DNA of 64,000 nt from Seison nebaliae (Eukaryota). The DNA is taken from positions 1-64,000 of the forward strand of contig JALJEE010002943.1 in the NCBI GenBank assembly GCA_023231475.1, given 5' to 3'. The notes under the pieces were generated by a model, which worked only from the letters and a program-made list of their open reading frames with translations, made no database searches and was not told where the DNA came from. Every line of letters begins with the position of its first letter. Position 1 is the stretch's first letter. Of this stretch, positions 13,423 to 28,352 are shown in pieces. The position numbers were made by a program, and so were the translations under genes.

Positions 13423-16400
13423 ATGTATATCTCCGTTGCTTTTTATGTTATTCTCACTCTTCAATCTGATGGAATTCATTCGAATTTCCATATTAATTGC
13501 CCAAGAGATTTCTCATTAAGTTCCTTAATAACAGAAGCACTTTGTCGGGAAGATTTTCACATTGTAATGGAGAAGAGAATTCCATTAAGCGCTACATTCA
13601 AACTTGATGATATTACAACAGTAAAACTTTCGATAAACTTAACAGCATATGAGAACTCTATAATAATTTCATCATTAAGAAATAAAAAAGTTTTAAATGC
13701 CACCAATTCGATTAAACAAATGGTTAGTAGTTAGACGTTTGTTCTTAAAAATTAATAAAGATAAATTGTAGAAACTAAAACTGTATAAACGTTACGGAAC
13801 AAAGACTACACTGATCTCATTTGATATTGTTGATAACGAAGACGAATTAAATTCTTTTAGGAAAATGATGATGAGAAAGAATCATTTTTCATATGAGAAT
13901 CATCATTTGTTGGTAAACAACAAATATTTTGGAGGAATTAGTCGATGGTTATTAATTGATCGAGTAAGGAATTATTATGGTATAGCACTTCATTCTACTC
14001 CAAAAAAAACGAGATATATAAATGTTGCTACTTTTATTGATGGTGAAATGGTGAGATATATGAGGATTATGTTTGAGGAAACTAACAAACGATTAGGAAG
14101 TCGAATATCTATCAACAAATCAATAATAAATAGAGCTTTAGCTTTTTATATAAACTCCCAAATTGACATGGTTAGTTGATTGATCATATTTCAATTAATT
14201 TTAATGATATTAGATTAATCGTTTAGTTACAGAAGAATTTGGAATAAGATTCTATTTAGTAAAAATAGTAATAATAGAAGTTTAAAATTTTAAATATATT
14301 TCTTTTAAAATTGGTAAAATTGAAGGAGAATGTTACAGCACCGTGGGAAAAAGAAATGTATACAGTTCAAAAAATAGATTATTATTTCTACAAGAAAGTT
14401 ATGCAATTGCCAAATATTATCGATATGTTCGGTCTGTGGACGAACGCCTTACACTATGAGAATAAAGATTTTGAAGATATCCATTTATTCATGTTATATT
14501 CAGGGTTAATATGATTTATTCATTGAATGCTTAATTGTCTCTAAAAGAAATTATATGACCGCATTCAGAAATACAATACACGGAGTTTCATTTGCTACTG
14601 GTCCCGTATGTGAACCAACTCTCAGTCCGAATTTGGTTCCTATTAAAGTTATTTTATTCCTACCTCGTCATTTGACATATGAAACATTAGAGTTTATTAG
14701 TCAACACTCATATGCCTGATTTCGTATTCAATTCTATTATCACCGCACATGAAATAATGCACATGTTCTTCTTTTCGACTTAATCGGCTTATTGAACGAT
14801 TTTATTTTCTAGTTTAGGTCTGAGTCACACAGAAGAATATAGAAAAGAAGAATGTTTAAAAGATGAGAAAGGTCATAGTTACTTCATGAAAATGTCTTTC
14901 AATCATGATCTTCATCGAACAATATCTCTCAAATTGAGTTCATGTGGTAAAAGATTATTGAGGGCGAATCCTTATTTAAAATGTTTCAATGAATCATTCA
15001 AAGTGAAAAATATTCTTGAACCTCTCAAATATTCCGGTATACGACATCCGTTTTATAACGACGAGAAAATTAGTATCGGTACAACTATGTTAACACCAGA
15101 TATTCATTGTCGTTTGGGAAATGGATTAAATTATTTTTGGAATAGAGTTAATCATTTAACAATCATCTTTAACAATTATTTTTGAAATTAGGATTCTAGA
15201 AATATCTGTGAAATGATAATATGTCAGAGATTTATCAAAGAACCTCGTCAAATAGATGATTTATACGACTTAAGTGAAGTAACACAATTATTTAATACTA
15301 CTCGTAAAGACGAAGAAACTGCCAAATTATATACACCAGATGGAACACCTTGTCACAATAGTGAAGGATATGTCGGAGTTATTAAAATATTTGATTATTT
15401 CTATTAAATCTTATTATTCTATACTACAGCGATGTCGTCTAAGTGACTGTATAATTAAAGGTCGTGAAAAAAGTTTATGTTTTATTTTTAAATAATTAAC
15501 TCCGTCTAATTTTTTCAGATTGTTTATATGATGTTGATTTACCTACTCAAACTAACTGTCCATTATGTCATAAACAGTTGAATGAACGTATGTCTTGTCT
15601 AGATACGATAAAATACAATTATATGAAATATGGTTCCCTAAAAAAGGCTTGTGAAGAATCATTAGGATGTTGTAATTTGTGCGAAAGTTATAAATTCTAA
15701 TCAGATTTTAATTTACGTTTAAAATATTTATTCTAAAAGAATTACAAATAGCTGATTTTGCTGATATGTGTCGTCGTCAGGGACACTTACTCTGTGGTAT
15801 GGGTAACGGTTGTTCGCCCTCACCCGATCGTAAGTGGTTCAAATGTAAATGTTATAAAAGATTGGATCAAAAATTTCGGATTAATTTGCAAAATTCGGAA
15901 AATTATTTAAATTCTTATTGTACTGTCATTATGCATCCAGCTTCAATCTCAACAATCTTAAAAATAATAAAGTTACAATGGGAAAGATATCTGGAATTGA
16001 TGAAACTTCCATCAGACCTCACAAAATATTTGGATATTTTAACACATCATTCCGCAATAGATTGGGAAGGAAAAATTAGGAAGAAAAGGCATAAACTTTA
16101 CAAGAATGAAACTGTGAAAATTGAGCCTGTTTTCACTAGAACATGTCAATACAATCCACGTTGTCGTGGATTATATGGATTTAAAGCAGATAATTTAGAA
16201 CGGGTTCTATTTAAAAATTCAACTAGGGAACAAAAGTTGAAAAGCAATATTCGACCTTTTGGAAAACGGTATACATTGAGAACTGAAGATCCCTTATATT
16301 CTCTCACCTATCCAAACTTGCCTGTTACGCTAAGCCCTTTCATTCAACACAGTTATTCGAATATTTATGATTTTAATCTTACTATTTCACGTTTATTAAC

Positions 16401-17178
16401 CACTGATTCAAAATCTACTAAAATTCTTTATCCTAAATTACCTCCATTACCTCCATTACCTACAATAAACTATAGAACTCTTCCACCAACATTACCAGCA
16501 TGGCTACCCGAATTACCTCCATTACCTACAACTAAACAAATTATTGATAGGAAACTACCACATATTACCCCAAACGTTTTTCCTCAACTTCCACCTCTTC
16601 CCCCATTACCTTTTACTCAGAAACCGCGATTCCATCCTGATTTACCACCTCTCCCTCCTTTGCCCACTCTAGCTACTAAAAAACCAAATAGTGGTCATAT
16701 AAAACCTGAAGGAAGGACATACCCTTCACTTCCATCACTCGAACATTTTTGGTTTACTACCAAACAATCTCCAGTCACCCCGTTTCCTGATTTTCCAACA
16801 TTACCGCCATTTCGTCCTTTCCCTCCCAGACCGCACACAAGACCACCCACTAAATCATCTTCGAATGATATAGATCGTTTTCGAACAAATCTGCCAATAT
16901 TAAATATAACAGAAACAATCGTATATTCTAATTCCACAATTGATAAATTGCTAAACCGAACAGAATCTCCTAATCCTAGTAGCAAAAAAACAGCAATCAT
17001 ATTCGCAATTTTAGGAACATTACTTTTTCTAGGTGTCATTCTATTAATTTTAGTTGTTCTCTATGAAAAGCGTAAGAAAGCACGACAAGTCAAAGCTGAC
17101 GCTCAAAAGAAGAAAGATGAATCTTATATGACATACAGCTATATTTATCAAACACAAAGTGCGACTAGAAAAATTTAA
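13423..17178 (+). CDS. Type I membrane M12B (reprolysin/ADAMTS-like) zinc metalloprotease with Pro-rich stalk
   Basis: Signal peptide; AHEIMHI|LGLSH zinc motif split by intron 14765-14812; Met-turn YFMKM; Cys-rich region with PDGTPC; LPPLPPLPT repeats; TM helix; basic cytoplasmic tail. Confidence 0.75.
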
Positions 17179-17435
17179 CATTTGTTTATTTATTTCTCAT
17201 ACTTACATCAAAATTTTCCTCACGTCCATAAAATGGTTTTATTCAGTTGGAACTGAAAACATTGAATGATGTTCAATATAACATATTTTTGAGATTCATT
17301 AAATAATTTGAAGAAACAAATTTTTAATTTTTATTCAATGTTTGTTGAACTGATGTCAAACTGATAAATAATGAGAGAATAGAAGGAGATTCAATAAAAA
17401 TTGCAATACTTTTTTTTAAGAAATTTTAGAAATAT

Positions 17436-18591
17436 TCATTCTTTTTCATTATCAAATCCAAATTCTCTCAAATTAAAACGAATATCCTTCACCGGTAATA
17501 AATATTCGAAGTCAACTAATTGATAATAATTCTTATTAATCTTCAAATTTGAGATTACTTGAGACAATGGAATAGCTGAACGGAAAATCGATTGTTCACC
17601 GAACTCATTGTTGATGTGAACGATGTGGATATGGAACTGGTAGAAAGAAGGTGGGTAATGAATAAAATATGTTAATTCATTCTCATCACAACCGAATCGC
17701 CGTTTCATCAATTTCTTTTGTTATAAACGAAATTCAAATGTAAAAAAGAGAAGTAAAATTTTTAAAGAAACTTTCACATTTGTTTGTGTTTCCTCCAATA
17801 GTTGAAGATGTTCATCTCCATTGATGTCTCGTAAACTTTCAATTTTGGAAGTCCCCCCAAAAATGATTGTGCAATAAATTTCTTTCCATCGTTCTTCCTC
17901 CAATCTTTCTGTCTCCTCCAATTTGATTTCCCATTTCATATCAGGTAGAACAATATATTTATATCGATCGGAAAATTGAAATCTCTCAATGATTCTTTCG
18001 CGTTCTGATTTCCCTTCAAATATATTATCGATCCACTGTCATATGATGGAGAATAATATGAGATTGAAAATAAAATTTTAAAAACAACTTTTAATGTCAA
18101 TTTCTGTTGATATTCGGCAGTTTGTCGAAATTTTTCAAAAAATTCCCAACTTTCTAAAAATAATTTCTTTTTCTTTTTTGAATATTTCTCAATTAATTGT
18201 TCATCCGCCGGATGGATGATGATGGATTGAATGGCTGAAAAAATGAGAAAATAAATAACAATAAAAATTACAAACAATTATTTATTGATTGAATATTATC
18301 AGAAGAGAATTGATGGAAGATGTCATTGTGGAAGATTAATTTAAATTCTTCATCATCCTTCATATGAATTAAATGTGTGTGTAGGTCGTTCGTGTTCAAT
18401 TCCTTCTTTTTCCATCGCACAATTGTTTGAACTTCTTTCGAATCATCTCCACTCTTACATAGCCAAGTTAAGGAATTGTTACGATGATCTTCGTTGATGC
18501 ATTTTATTTCGGAAATATTTTTTAATAAATCCTTCTCAATTTTTTCATCATCTAACAATTTTCTTTTCTTTTCCTCTATCTCTCCATTCAT
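17436..18591 (-). CDS. DCPS: m7GpppX diphosphatase (scavenger decapping enzyme; 4 exons)
   Basis: WIDNIFEGKSE.ERII, LPDMKW, SLRDING and HYPPSFYQFHIH HIT motif. Confidence 0.9.
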
Positions 18592-18798
18592 TCCGGCGAC
18601 TCTCTCTTCCTCTCGTTCAGTCTATCTCTTCTTTTCGAATTGAAAAAGAAAGAATTCTTCAACATTTATAATTCAAAACATGAAAATCATCAAAATATGA
18701 TAATCGAAAAAAAAGGAAACAAACAAAAGAAATTTTCAAATTAATCATAAAAAATAACAAAATATTCATGAATTAAAATATTTCCTTCGATTTCTATT

Positions 18799-21220
18799 CT
18801 ATGTCAATTCCTTCGCACAAAGTAAAGAGGAATAAACACCATCTTTATTTCTTAATAATTCGTCATGCGTACCAACCTGAAAAGGAAAAGAAAATAAAGA
18901 AATAGTTTCAAGTAAAAAGAAAACGAAAGAAGAACTTCAGCTATTTTCCCCTTTTGAATGACGTAAATTCTATCAACATTTCTTACTGTTGACAATCGAT
19001 GTGCAATAATTATCAGAGTTCTACCAGCTGCTGCATTATCTAACGCCGTTTGAACGAGTCTTTCCGATTTGTTATCTAAAGCAGACGTTGCTTCATCTAA
19101 CAATAAAATTTTTGGATTCTTTATAAGAGCTCGAGCGATTGCAATTCTTTGTTTTTCACCTCCAGATAATTTCGTTCCTCTTTCACCCACAATCGTATCA
19201 TATTTGTCGGGAAGAGTTTGGATGAAATCATGAGCGTTTGCCAATTTAGCAACTTCTTTAATCTCATTTTCATTAGCATCACTTTTCCCATATCGAATAT
19301 TTTCTCGAATTGTTGTAGCGAAAAGAACGGGTTCTTGAGAGATATATCCGATGAGTTTTCCTCTTAATAAATCTCGATGCATTCGATTAACATTAATTCC
19401 ATCGATCAATATCGTTCCTTCATCACAATCATATAACGATTCGATCAATGAACAAATGGTGGATTTTCCACTACCCGATTGTCCCACCAAGGCGATCTGT
19501 TCACCTTTTTTCACTTGAACATTAATTCCATCTAATATCAATTTATCGCTTCTCGACGGATAAGAAAATTTCACATTTTCCAATCGAATATTTCCATTAA
19601 ATTCTTCAAAATTAAATGATTTATTCAAATTATTTCTTCTTTTCTTCGTTTCGCTACTATCTCGCCATAACTATGAGGAAATATGATATAAAAAATAATA
19701 ATATTAAAAATTGAACATCTTCTATTCGATTCAAAGCCATACGATTACCAACTAATTTACCATAAACGATTGAAAATTGAATTAATGATTTTTGCAAAAT
19801 TTGACTGGAAGTGACGAATGATAATAATTGACCATAATCGATCTCTTCTCTCATGGTCAACCAACCGCCATAAACCACCATAATGAAAGTTAATCCTTTA
19901 AGGAAAAATGTCAATTTGATGAAGAATGTCAATGAATATTTCAAATAACCATTTAAAGCTAAATTGGATAATCCTTGAAAGATTGCAATTCCACTTCCTA
20001 ATCGAACATTCTCATCTTTCAACTGATGACTCAGAATAGACATATGACTAAAAAATAAATAAAAAAGTGAAAAAAAATGAAAAAAAAACTTCTGTGAATA
20101 ATTCTCCATATTTAACGTACGAACAGTTCGAATATTTGATAATATTTCATCGACATAAACAGCAAGACTATCTCGACATTTCAATGCTCGTCGAGAAATT
20201 TTTCGTAAACTATTTCCAATTTGTGAACCGATGAGCACCATCGTACCAACAGTGCCCATCATCGTCATGAGAAGTTGAGGAGAAATATTCCACAAACTGA
20301 TGCAGCAACCGATACTCTAGAAAAGTTTAAAATTTATCTTCTTATATTAAAATTACGAACTTGAGTAATTGATTTGAGTCCAGTGGAGAGAATTGATTTT
20401 AAAGTGGATTTGAATTCATGAACATCTGACATCATTCTACAAAGATATGGAGAGAATTAAGAAAAAAATAAAATAAACGTCGAAATAAAAGTGGCAGTGC
20501 GACGATTGTCATAGAAATCAATCGATGATAAAATGAGACGATCGAACAATTTCTCTTTGAATTGTTGAGATAACGACTCGCCAATAACTGATAGACATTG
20601 AATATATCCATAAGTTGATAAACTCTGAACAGAAATCTCGTCAGATATTAAAATGGAAAATGTCTAAAAACTTGAACGACATATAATCGGAGAAGACGTA
20701 ACGAATCGGCAGAAATTAGGCAGAGATATTTTTCGAAATTCTCATAAATCTCATTACGATTTGTGATGATAACATTCACCATTTCGCCGAGTGCCATTGG
20801 TATTTGGATGTTGGCATAAGCGGCCGTGAAGGCGAACTACCGAATTCATTAGTTTCTATCAAAATTTAGTGTTGAGAACAACTGAACCAGAATTGCCCCA
20901 GAGAATAAGAAGAATATCGAACAATTCTCTTTCAAAAACAATTGGAGAAGATTAAATTCTTCTTCAACATTTCTCAATTCCGTCACACATTCTTTGTCAT
21001 TTGAATTGTTGATACTTTTCTTCTCTTCTTCTAATCGTTTCGAATTATCTTTCGTATTTGATAAATTATCCAAATTCCATCTTGGTAAGAATTGTGTGAG
21101 TGATTCATATTTCCAATCAGTCAATGAAATAAAAGTTGAACTGGAAAGCGTTAATCCACCTCCAATCACTAATTTCCGTCGATGATTTTTTATAATACTG
21201 AAAATTAATCGACGATACAT
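18799..21220 (-). CDS. ABCB8: Mitochondrial ABC half-transporter ABCB8 (9 exons)
   Basis: Basic N-terminal presequence; [20 protein letters not shown] and [15 protein letters not shown] (ABCB8-like); Walker [18 protein letters not shown] and [12 protein letters not shown]. Confidence 0.85.
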
Positions 21221-21579
21221 GAGAAGAATTCTGTAGGAAGATTTTTGTTAAAAATCAAAAAAAAAGAAAGAAGTTTTTTGAGATTAGAAGAATAGAGAGA
21301 TGAAAATGAGAAAATAAATAAATAAGTTTAATTTATCATAAATTTATATTGATCTTGTGATGGAGATCAATTTGTAAATATATTTATGAAAAATTGTGAA
21401 TGAGATTGTGACTAGAGATGACAATGAGAGGGAAAGGAAGAATGAAAATGAACGAAGGAATAAAACTCCTACGAATAAAAACAATATTTGTAGAAATATC
21501 TGATGAGATGTCGAAAATTTGAGAGATTGATATTGTTGGAAGAATATGAAGAATGAATGTTATCCATCAGTCAAATCGA

Positions 21580-23291
21580 TTAAACTTCATTATTGTTTGA
21601 ATCTTCTTTTAGTTTGTTGGAATGTGCCCAATCTAATTTATCAGGATTCGCCAACGGATCCAAAGCGGCGAATGAATCTAGCCAACTCTTCTTTTCTGAA
21701 ATATTCTTCTTTTCATCCATCTGATTATTAAATGGAAATTAAATTTAAAAAAAAAAAGGAAAAAAAACTTTTCCATTCATCGGATTATTTTCTTGTGTTT
21801 TTTGTTCCGACATTAACCATGAAGGAAGATAATCAGCATCTTCGTCTTCATTCTTCGCTACATCCAATCCCAACAAATCATCTGGAGGAGGTGAAATAGT
21901 TGAATCGAATAATTTGTCGATTTCTTCCGATGGATTGTCATCTGATTTCTCCTCATTTAACCAATCGAATAAGAAATCTGATCCTTTCACATCATTTCCA
22001 TCATTTTTATCTTCTTTATTTCTCTTATTCGATTTAACATCATCTAATTCTTTTTTAACATTTCCTTCTGTCATTTTCAAATCATTCTCAAATAGATCAA
22101 TGAGGGCATTACAACGATCGATAGCTTCATTCGATTCATCATCAGTATTCTTCTCGAACAAATTCGTTAGAGAATCATTCTTATTCATTTGTGTCAATTC
22201 ATTCAATGATTCAATATCAACTTCGATTTTTGGAATTTCTTTAATTTCCATGTCTATTAAATTCATTTCATCATCATCATCATCATCATTCTTAATTGAT
22301 TCTCTTACTTTCTCATCATTCACAATTTCTTCATTATTCAATTCACTCAACTCTTTCGATGGAATTCGAAGATCCTTCACCACTTTATAATCATAATAAT
22401 GATAACCGGTGAACGTATCGGCGACGGCTTCCATCGTTCGTGCAGTTCTCTCCCAAAAGATCAATAATGCTTCTTGATAACCAGCGATTACATGAGAGAA
22501 CATATTGCAACGACTCGCTGTTAATAATTCGATTTTTTGTATGGTATCCACTTTCATTTTGTCGAAATCATTTTTCGCTGATTTAACTTGAGATTGAATT
22601 CGACGGAATTTATCCAATTTCCTAGCAGCATCTGGATCGAGTTGTTCACTGAATTCTTTCATCCACAATAGACTTCCTCGATATTTACTTCGACATTCTT
22701 CCATTCTCTTCACTGTTAATCGAGTATCGCCAACTGCCTGAGAACGGAATGTATCAACTTCATTACTCAATCTCATTAACGGTCCTTGTAATTGAATTCT
22801 AATAAGTATAAAATAAAAATAAAAAGTAAAAATAAGAGAACCTTTGTTGAGAGGCAAAACTCATACTACGACCAACAGCCATCATCATCTTCTCAACTCT
22901 CGATGCATTGTCGGTGGAATAGGATTTGAGAAATCTTCCCAATTCATTCTCTTCTTGTGCTAATTTATAAATGGAATTTTCATACAATCGAACAATATGA
23001 ATCAAATTCTTACAAGTTCCTTCCACCGAATAATAATGCTGAAAATGAATATAAAATTATATCAGCAATAATGAGAAAAAAAGGAAAAACTTCTAGTTTG
23101 GCATCAAGCTGCTTATCTGATTCCACAATACAATTATCGTCCTGTTTTCCTACTTTCTGTCGTAATTTCTGTTTAGTCGTCCAATAAGTTCGTTCAATTT
23201 TGCCTAATGTCGAATTGTCACGATGTTCGCGGAACTTGTCGAAATTATTGAAAGAATCATTTCTTCCTCCAAATTCCCAATTACGATTCAT
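21580..23291 (-). CDS. ICA1: Islet cell autoantigen ICA69 (arfaptin-homology/BAR domain; 4 exons)
   Basis: YWTTKQKLRQKVGKQDDNCIVESD..LDAKLE, FRSQAVGDT, YRGSLLWMK, ASRCNMFSH and the C-terminal WLDSFAALDPLANPD. Confidence 0.9.
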
Positions 23292-24019
23292 TTCTATCCA
23301 AAAAATATTATTCTTCTCCTAATCAATTTGTTTCCAACGTGTTGATGAATGATAATGGAGTATGAGAATGGTGAAAAAAAGAAGGAAGAAAAACGTAAAA
23401 AATTTGTCAAAATTATTTCAATATTTTCTTTCGATAATATTGTGTAAATGAGAGATAATGTTGCATGAAATAATTAAAATAATAATAATAAAATTTTTCT
23501 TTTTCCCTTTCTTGAAAACTAACTAGAGAAGGATGTGAATGACGAAAGGTAAGCTCCAATTCCTATAACTACATCTACTGAACTTCTAATTTTTTTTTTC
23601 ATTTCTTAGTCATTTTTTAAAAATCTCATCTGATAAATTATTTATTACTTACACCTATTCCTCAATCCATACATCTTCCATATTTTCTCTACAATTCTTT
23701 ACTCATACAATAAATGTGCTTCCATATGAAAAGAAACTAAAAGTTAAATTACTCTACGAATTATTATCAAAGAAGACATTTATAAAATGATAGAACTTTG
23801 ATTATTTCTACTTTTTAATATTTTTTAAGAACCTTTTTTAATTTAACAGGAATTTCAATAAATAACAGAGTATATAAAATATAAAAGATTTCAATGAAAA
23901 AGATGAGTATTTTACTCGATAAAGAAGAGAAATGAATAATTGAATATTTAAAAGTTGAAGATAAAAAAATATATGAACATAACATTCAAATAGTGAGGAT
24001 GATTGTTTAAAAGAAAAAA

Positions 24020-26878
24020 TCAAAAAGATTTCCCACAATTATTGAGCAAACTGTAATTGATGCGACCACGTCTCCATTGGATTAAAGAGAAGATTAAAAT
24101 TAAACCGATAACGATAGCAATGACACAAATTGAGATGGTAATTGTCCACGAAGACTTCTTCCTTTCATACTCTCCAATACAATAATAACCGGATTTCGTT
24201 ATGCCAAACGAATATTCTTTTCCATTCTCCTTCAATGTCTGACTATGATCAGCAATCCATCTGTTTGAGTTCGAGAGAGTTGGATAGAAGAAAATAAAAG
24301 TTTTCTCTTTAGACTTCTCTTTGTTTGATGGCAGATTTATGGAAACTTTCTCTATGTTCCGTCTACTTCTTACACGTAAAATATTCGTCACTGGAACGAA
24401 CTGTCCCATTTCAGCCAAATTTAATATTTTCAAATTGTTCACTTGATTCATATCAGATAGCGATGGATAAAGATCGACGAGAAACTTTACCGTTTCATTC
24501 AAGTCATTTCCATCATATTTCACTTTGTAATTTCTTTTGGGAAAATTGGATTAATTACATAAACAAATTAATGTTAATAGGTTAAATTGAGATGAACTTT
24601 TTCGTTATCGATCGCTTGGAAGGAGAAATCACAATTTGTTCATTGATTGATAATGGGGTAAAATGGATTTGACCAAACTGGTTTCTTTCACCAAATTCCA
24701 AATTTGCTGGAGATGAATAACGATATGAAAGATTATTCGATTTAATTTTAACAAATTCCTCATTGAAATAAGGTGATGTTAAAGACAATTCTTTTTTACT
24801 ATCTAAAGGAACCACTAAAAGAAGAAAATATAAAATTTAAAATACTAAAAATTAAAAAAAAACTTAAAGTTGACAATTTTTCTAATTGAGAATTGGTGAA
24901 ATCTGCAGGTACATTATTGCTACAATTTTGATCTAATGAACACTTAATAATCATATCGAAAATAATTATTTCAATTTTACGAATAATTTGAACTTCGAAA
25001 ACTAAATTATGTCGATCACCAACTGAATATCCATTATATTTATTTGAACCTGTCCATTGAATGTGAAGTAGATCGTTCGGTTTCAACCAAAGTTCTTCCG
25101 GCACAAATGCATATGGAAGTGACGGGTAACATTGTAATTCATTTCCTTTCCTTCCACGTACGTTTAAATTGACTATGTCATTTTTAACATTCTTTCTTTT
25201 TATCTCAAAAACATGAGTTCTATCAAATAATATTAACTAGATAATAAATTTGTAGAAAAAGAAAACCGATCTTGAAATGTTCTACCATATTGATTCCTAT
25301 TAATTGTATGACGTAATTTAAATTTAGAATTAGATTTGAAGAATTGAACGTCGGAAGTACCAAATCGATATCCACGAACTTTATAAGAATACAACTTCTT
25401 CTTACTCATTCCTTTTCCAATATTATTTTCGATAATTTCTCTATCGACATCATTCTTGTTATTCACATCTCTTCCATAATCACCAGTAGAGATATTATAT
25501 CGAACTCTTAAAGTACATTTTGCTGAGTCCATTCCTTTCAATTTTAATTCATTTAATTTTGGAATTCTCCAACGGAATTCATTCACATTTCCTGTCTCGC
25601 TATTGCCAAGATGATTATCTCTCAATTTTGTTGCTTCAAAACAAACCGGTTTAAACAGATTCTTATTCTTCCATTTCCATTTTCCTGATTTCTGTTTCTA
25701 TCAGTTATCAAAAAACAATCAATATATATATATATGAGAGATGAATACTCGAACTTTACATTCTTTCTCCGTATTGGCGACTAATTTATCTTTTGAAGAA
25801 CATTCACCTCGTCTTTGTACATTCTCACTCGAATTAATATAATGACCACAATTATCAACATTATCAGTGAAGATTGCTAAATCCTTTAAAAAATTGAAAG
25901 AATCTAATTTTGTAATTTCAACGTCTAACTATCCAAGGTGTTGGATGCCAATAAGGATAATAATCACGTTCTTCTGGACATTCAAATCCATAACGATCTC
26001 CATTCGCATTCTGTCTTGTAGAAATAGCTGTTGAACTTTTCAACTTATTTCTTCCATCAAATAAATCTTTTGGAAATTTGTTGGTTGTTAGAGAATTGAC
26101 GAAAGAAGAACTTTTGTTTCGTTTACGATTTTTACATTTCTTATAATATCCATATGATTCATGACGACCATAAGAAAAACTATTACGTTTCTTCGTTGTT
26201 ATTCGTCTAAATTGACAAAAGGAAAAGAAACAATTCAATTTGATGATAACATTTTAAAAGAATGAAGAGAAAACTTGTGAGTGATTCCATCGCGGAGTTG
26301 ACTATCACACAAAAGTTGTAATATGAACTGACAATGACTTTTCCCGATATTACAGGAATGTTGTGCTGTCCTACAAAATTGGTAAGTTGTTAAATAAATG
26401 TTGGAAGGAGGAAGATGAGAGAAAAGAAGGAAATTGAAACACGAAAAATAAATTCAATTATCATTACATGAAATACATTATCGTGATTTTTCATCATCAT
26501 CATAGAATACTTATCATTCGATTGACAAATGATAGTTTTGTTAAGAGAAATAGTAATCAAGGAAATTATCATTCTTCACAAAAAAAAGTTTACTATCAGG
26601 AAATAAAACCATTGAATATTAATTTCGGTGTCTTCGTAGAAAGAAAACGGTGCCGAATTGTAACCGCCACGATTATTATTCTGAGAATTGAAGAGTCGTT
26701 TATTATTTGATCTAGCCGGATCCTTTTCAAACAATCGATTATTACTACCTCTGGTAACGGGATTGTTAATGGAAAATGTTTAAGAAATTTAAAAGGATAA
26801 TTCCAACCTTGGATGATGGAAATAAATATCAGAACGTACTATTCTATATAGGAATAGCAAATGGAATATAAGCATCAT
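24020..26878 (-). CDS. Protein DD3-3-like, signal peptide plus C-terminal TM (~11 exons)
   Basis: DIYFHHPRGSNNRL, RLFNSQNNNRGGYN, WTAQHSC, YGRHESY, ECPEERDYYPYWHPTPW, RDNHLGN, CTLRVRYNISTGDY, QYGRTFQDR and NLNVRGRKGN motifs. Confidence 0.85.
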
Positions 26879-28352
26879 CTTGAAGGAAGCCGTTTTCTTA
26901 AAATTTATTATTCCTTCATTGAATGATATACGGAAACTTTCCGGCATATCAAAAGTAAATTTCGTTCTACTTTTTTATGTTTGCAATTGCAAATGTCTCA
27001 TCTATCTCAAGTAAGTAAGTTCTCTTACCTTAGAGTAATTGAGTAGTAAGTTTTAAGATGTAATACTTAACGAAAACTATTTTAATTATGTATTTTCGGT
27101 AATAATATAATTCGTTTAAAATAATTTCTAAAGAAATCTATCATTCTCCATCATATAGTATTAGTAAGTTCTTTCACGTTCAACTAAATAAATGAATTAC
27201 TCATTCATAATTATTTGTCTTCACTTTTAGAACTGTTTACGCAAGTTTTTTTTCGAAGGAAATTCGAAGTTCCCATGAAAAAAATTGCTATATTTTCGAT
27301 ATAGAAGAAATATTAATTATTGGAAAAATTTAGAATAAGAATAATTTTAATTCAATATTCTTCTAAAACTAGACGCATAAATTTTAAAAGAAACCCGAAC
27401 TAAAATTTTATAGAGAGAAATTAATATTAAACCTAAATTTAATAGAAACTTTTGTTTGATAATAGAGTAATATTAATCACCTTTTATGTGTTGGCAAAAA
27501 GTCGTTAAATATTATTAAGGTCTTAAAATAGAAGTTTGTCATTATATTAGAAGTAGTAATGACATAATAAATTTGAAAGATTAAATAAACATGAAAAGAT
27601 GAGATTTCATGATAATGTCAAATTCTACTATTATTTCTAACGTAAGTTCAAAATTTATTCTATAAATTATTCATCTGTTCTGAATACGAAGAAGCAATTT
27701 ATCATTATATATTTCTAATGACTTTCGTTCGTGCTATTTCAACTTTTGTTTGTTATTTATCGAATTTTGCTTAATAATAACAATCGGAATAATAATTATG
27801 TTATGTCCATTTTATGTTAGGAAGAAAATAAGGAAATTGGAGGAGGAAGAAACCATTCCCGCTCTCATGCTCTTAACGACCTTCACTAGTCATTTTTTTT
27901 AGTTATATAATATCTTTATCTCTTTTATATTCGTCTCTCGATTTGATTATGAAGGATGGGGAATGAAAAGTGAATGGTGAATTCTCATGTTTATAGAAGA
28001 AGAAGAAGAAGAAGCAGAAGGAGGAAATGTTATAGAGCCAGACGAGAAATGTTATGTAATAAATTCAATAAATTTCTCTAATTCTAATTTACAATTATTC
28101 TTCAATATAAATCGTATTATACTTATCAAATCAGAAATGGAAGGTCCATCATCACTAATCAACTGACCTTCGCAAACAATTAGTGATGAACAGATGCGAA
28201 TTATAACATTGATGATAATTACAACAACATTTTACGCATATCACTCATTGAATACGAATAAAGGAAAGTTAGTTACTCGGCGTTTCATTAGAACTTCTAA
28301 TTTAGAAGGAACATTATTCATATTATTATAATAAAATTAGACTAATCACTCC

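Noticed and set aside
21914..22390. Antisense ORFs over coding exons (also 16695-17039, 29315-29668, 42623-43036, 51187-51468)
   Set aside because: Shadow frames of real genes on the opposite strand, with Ser/Phe-rich composition and no motifs.
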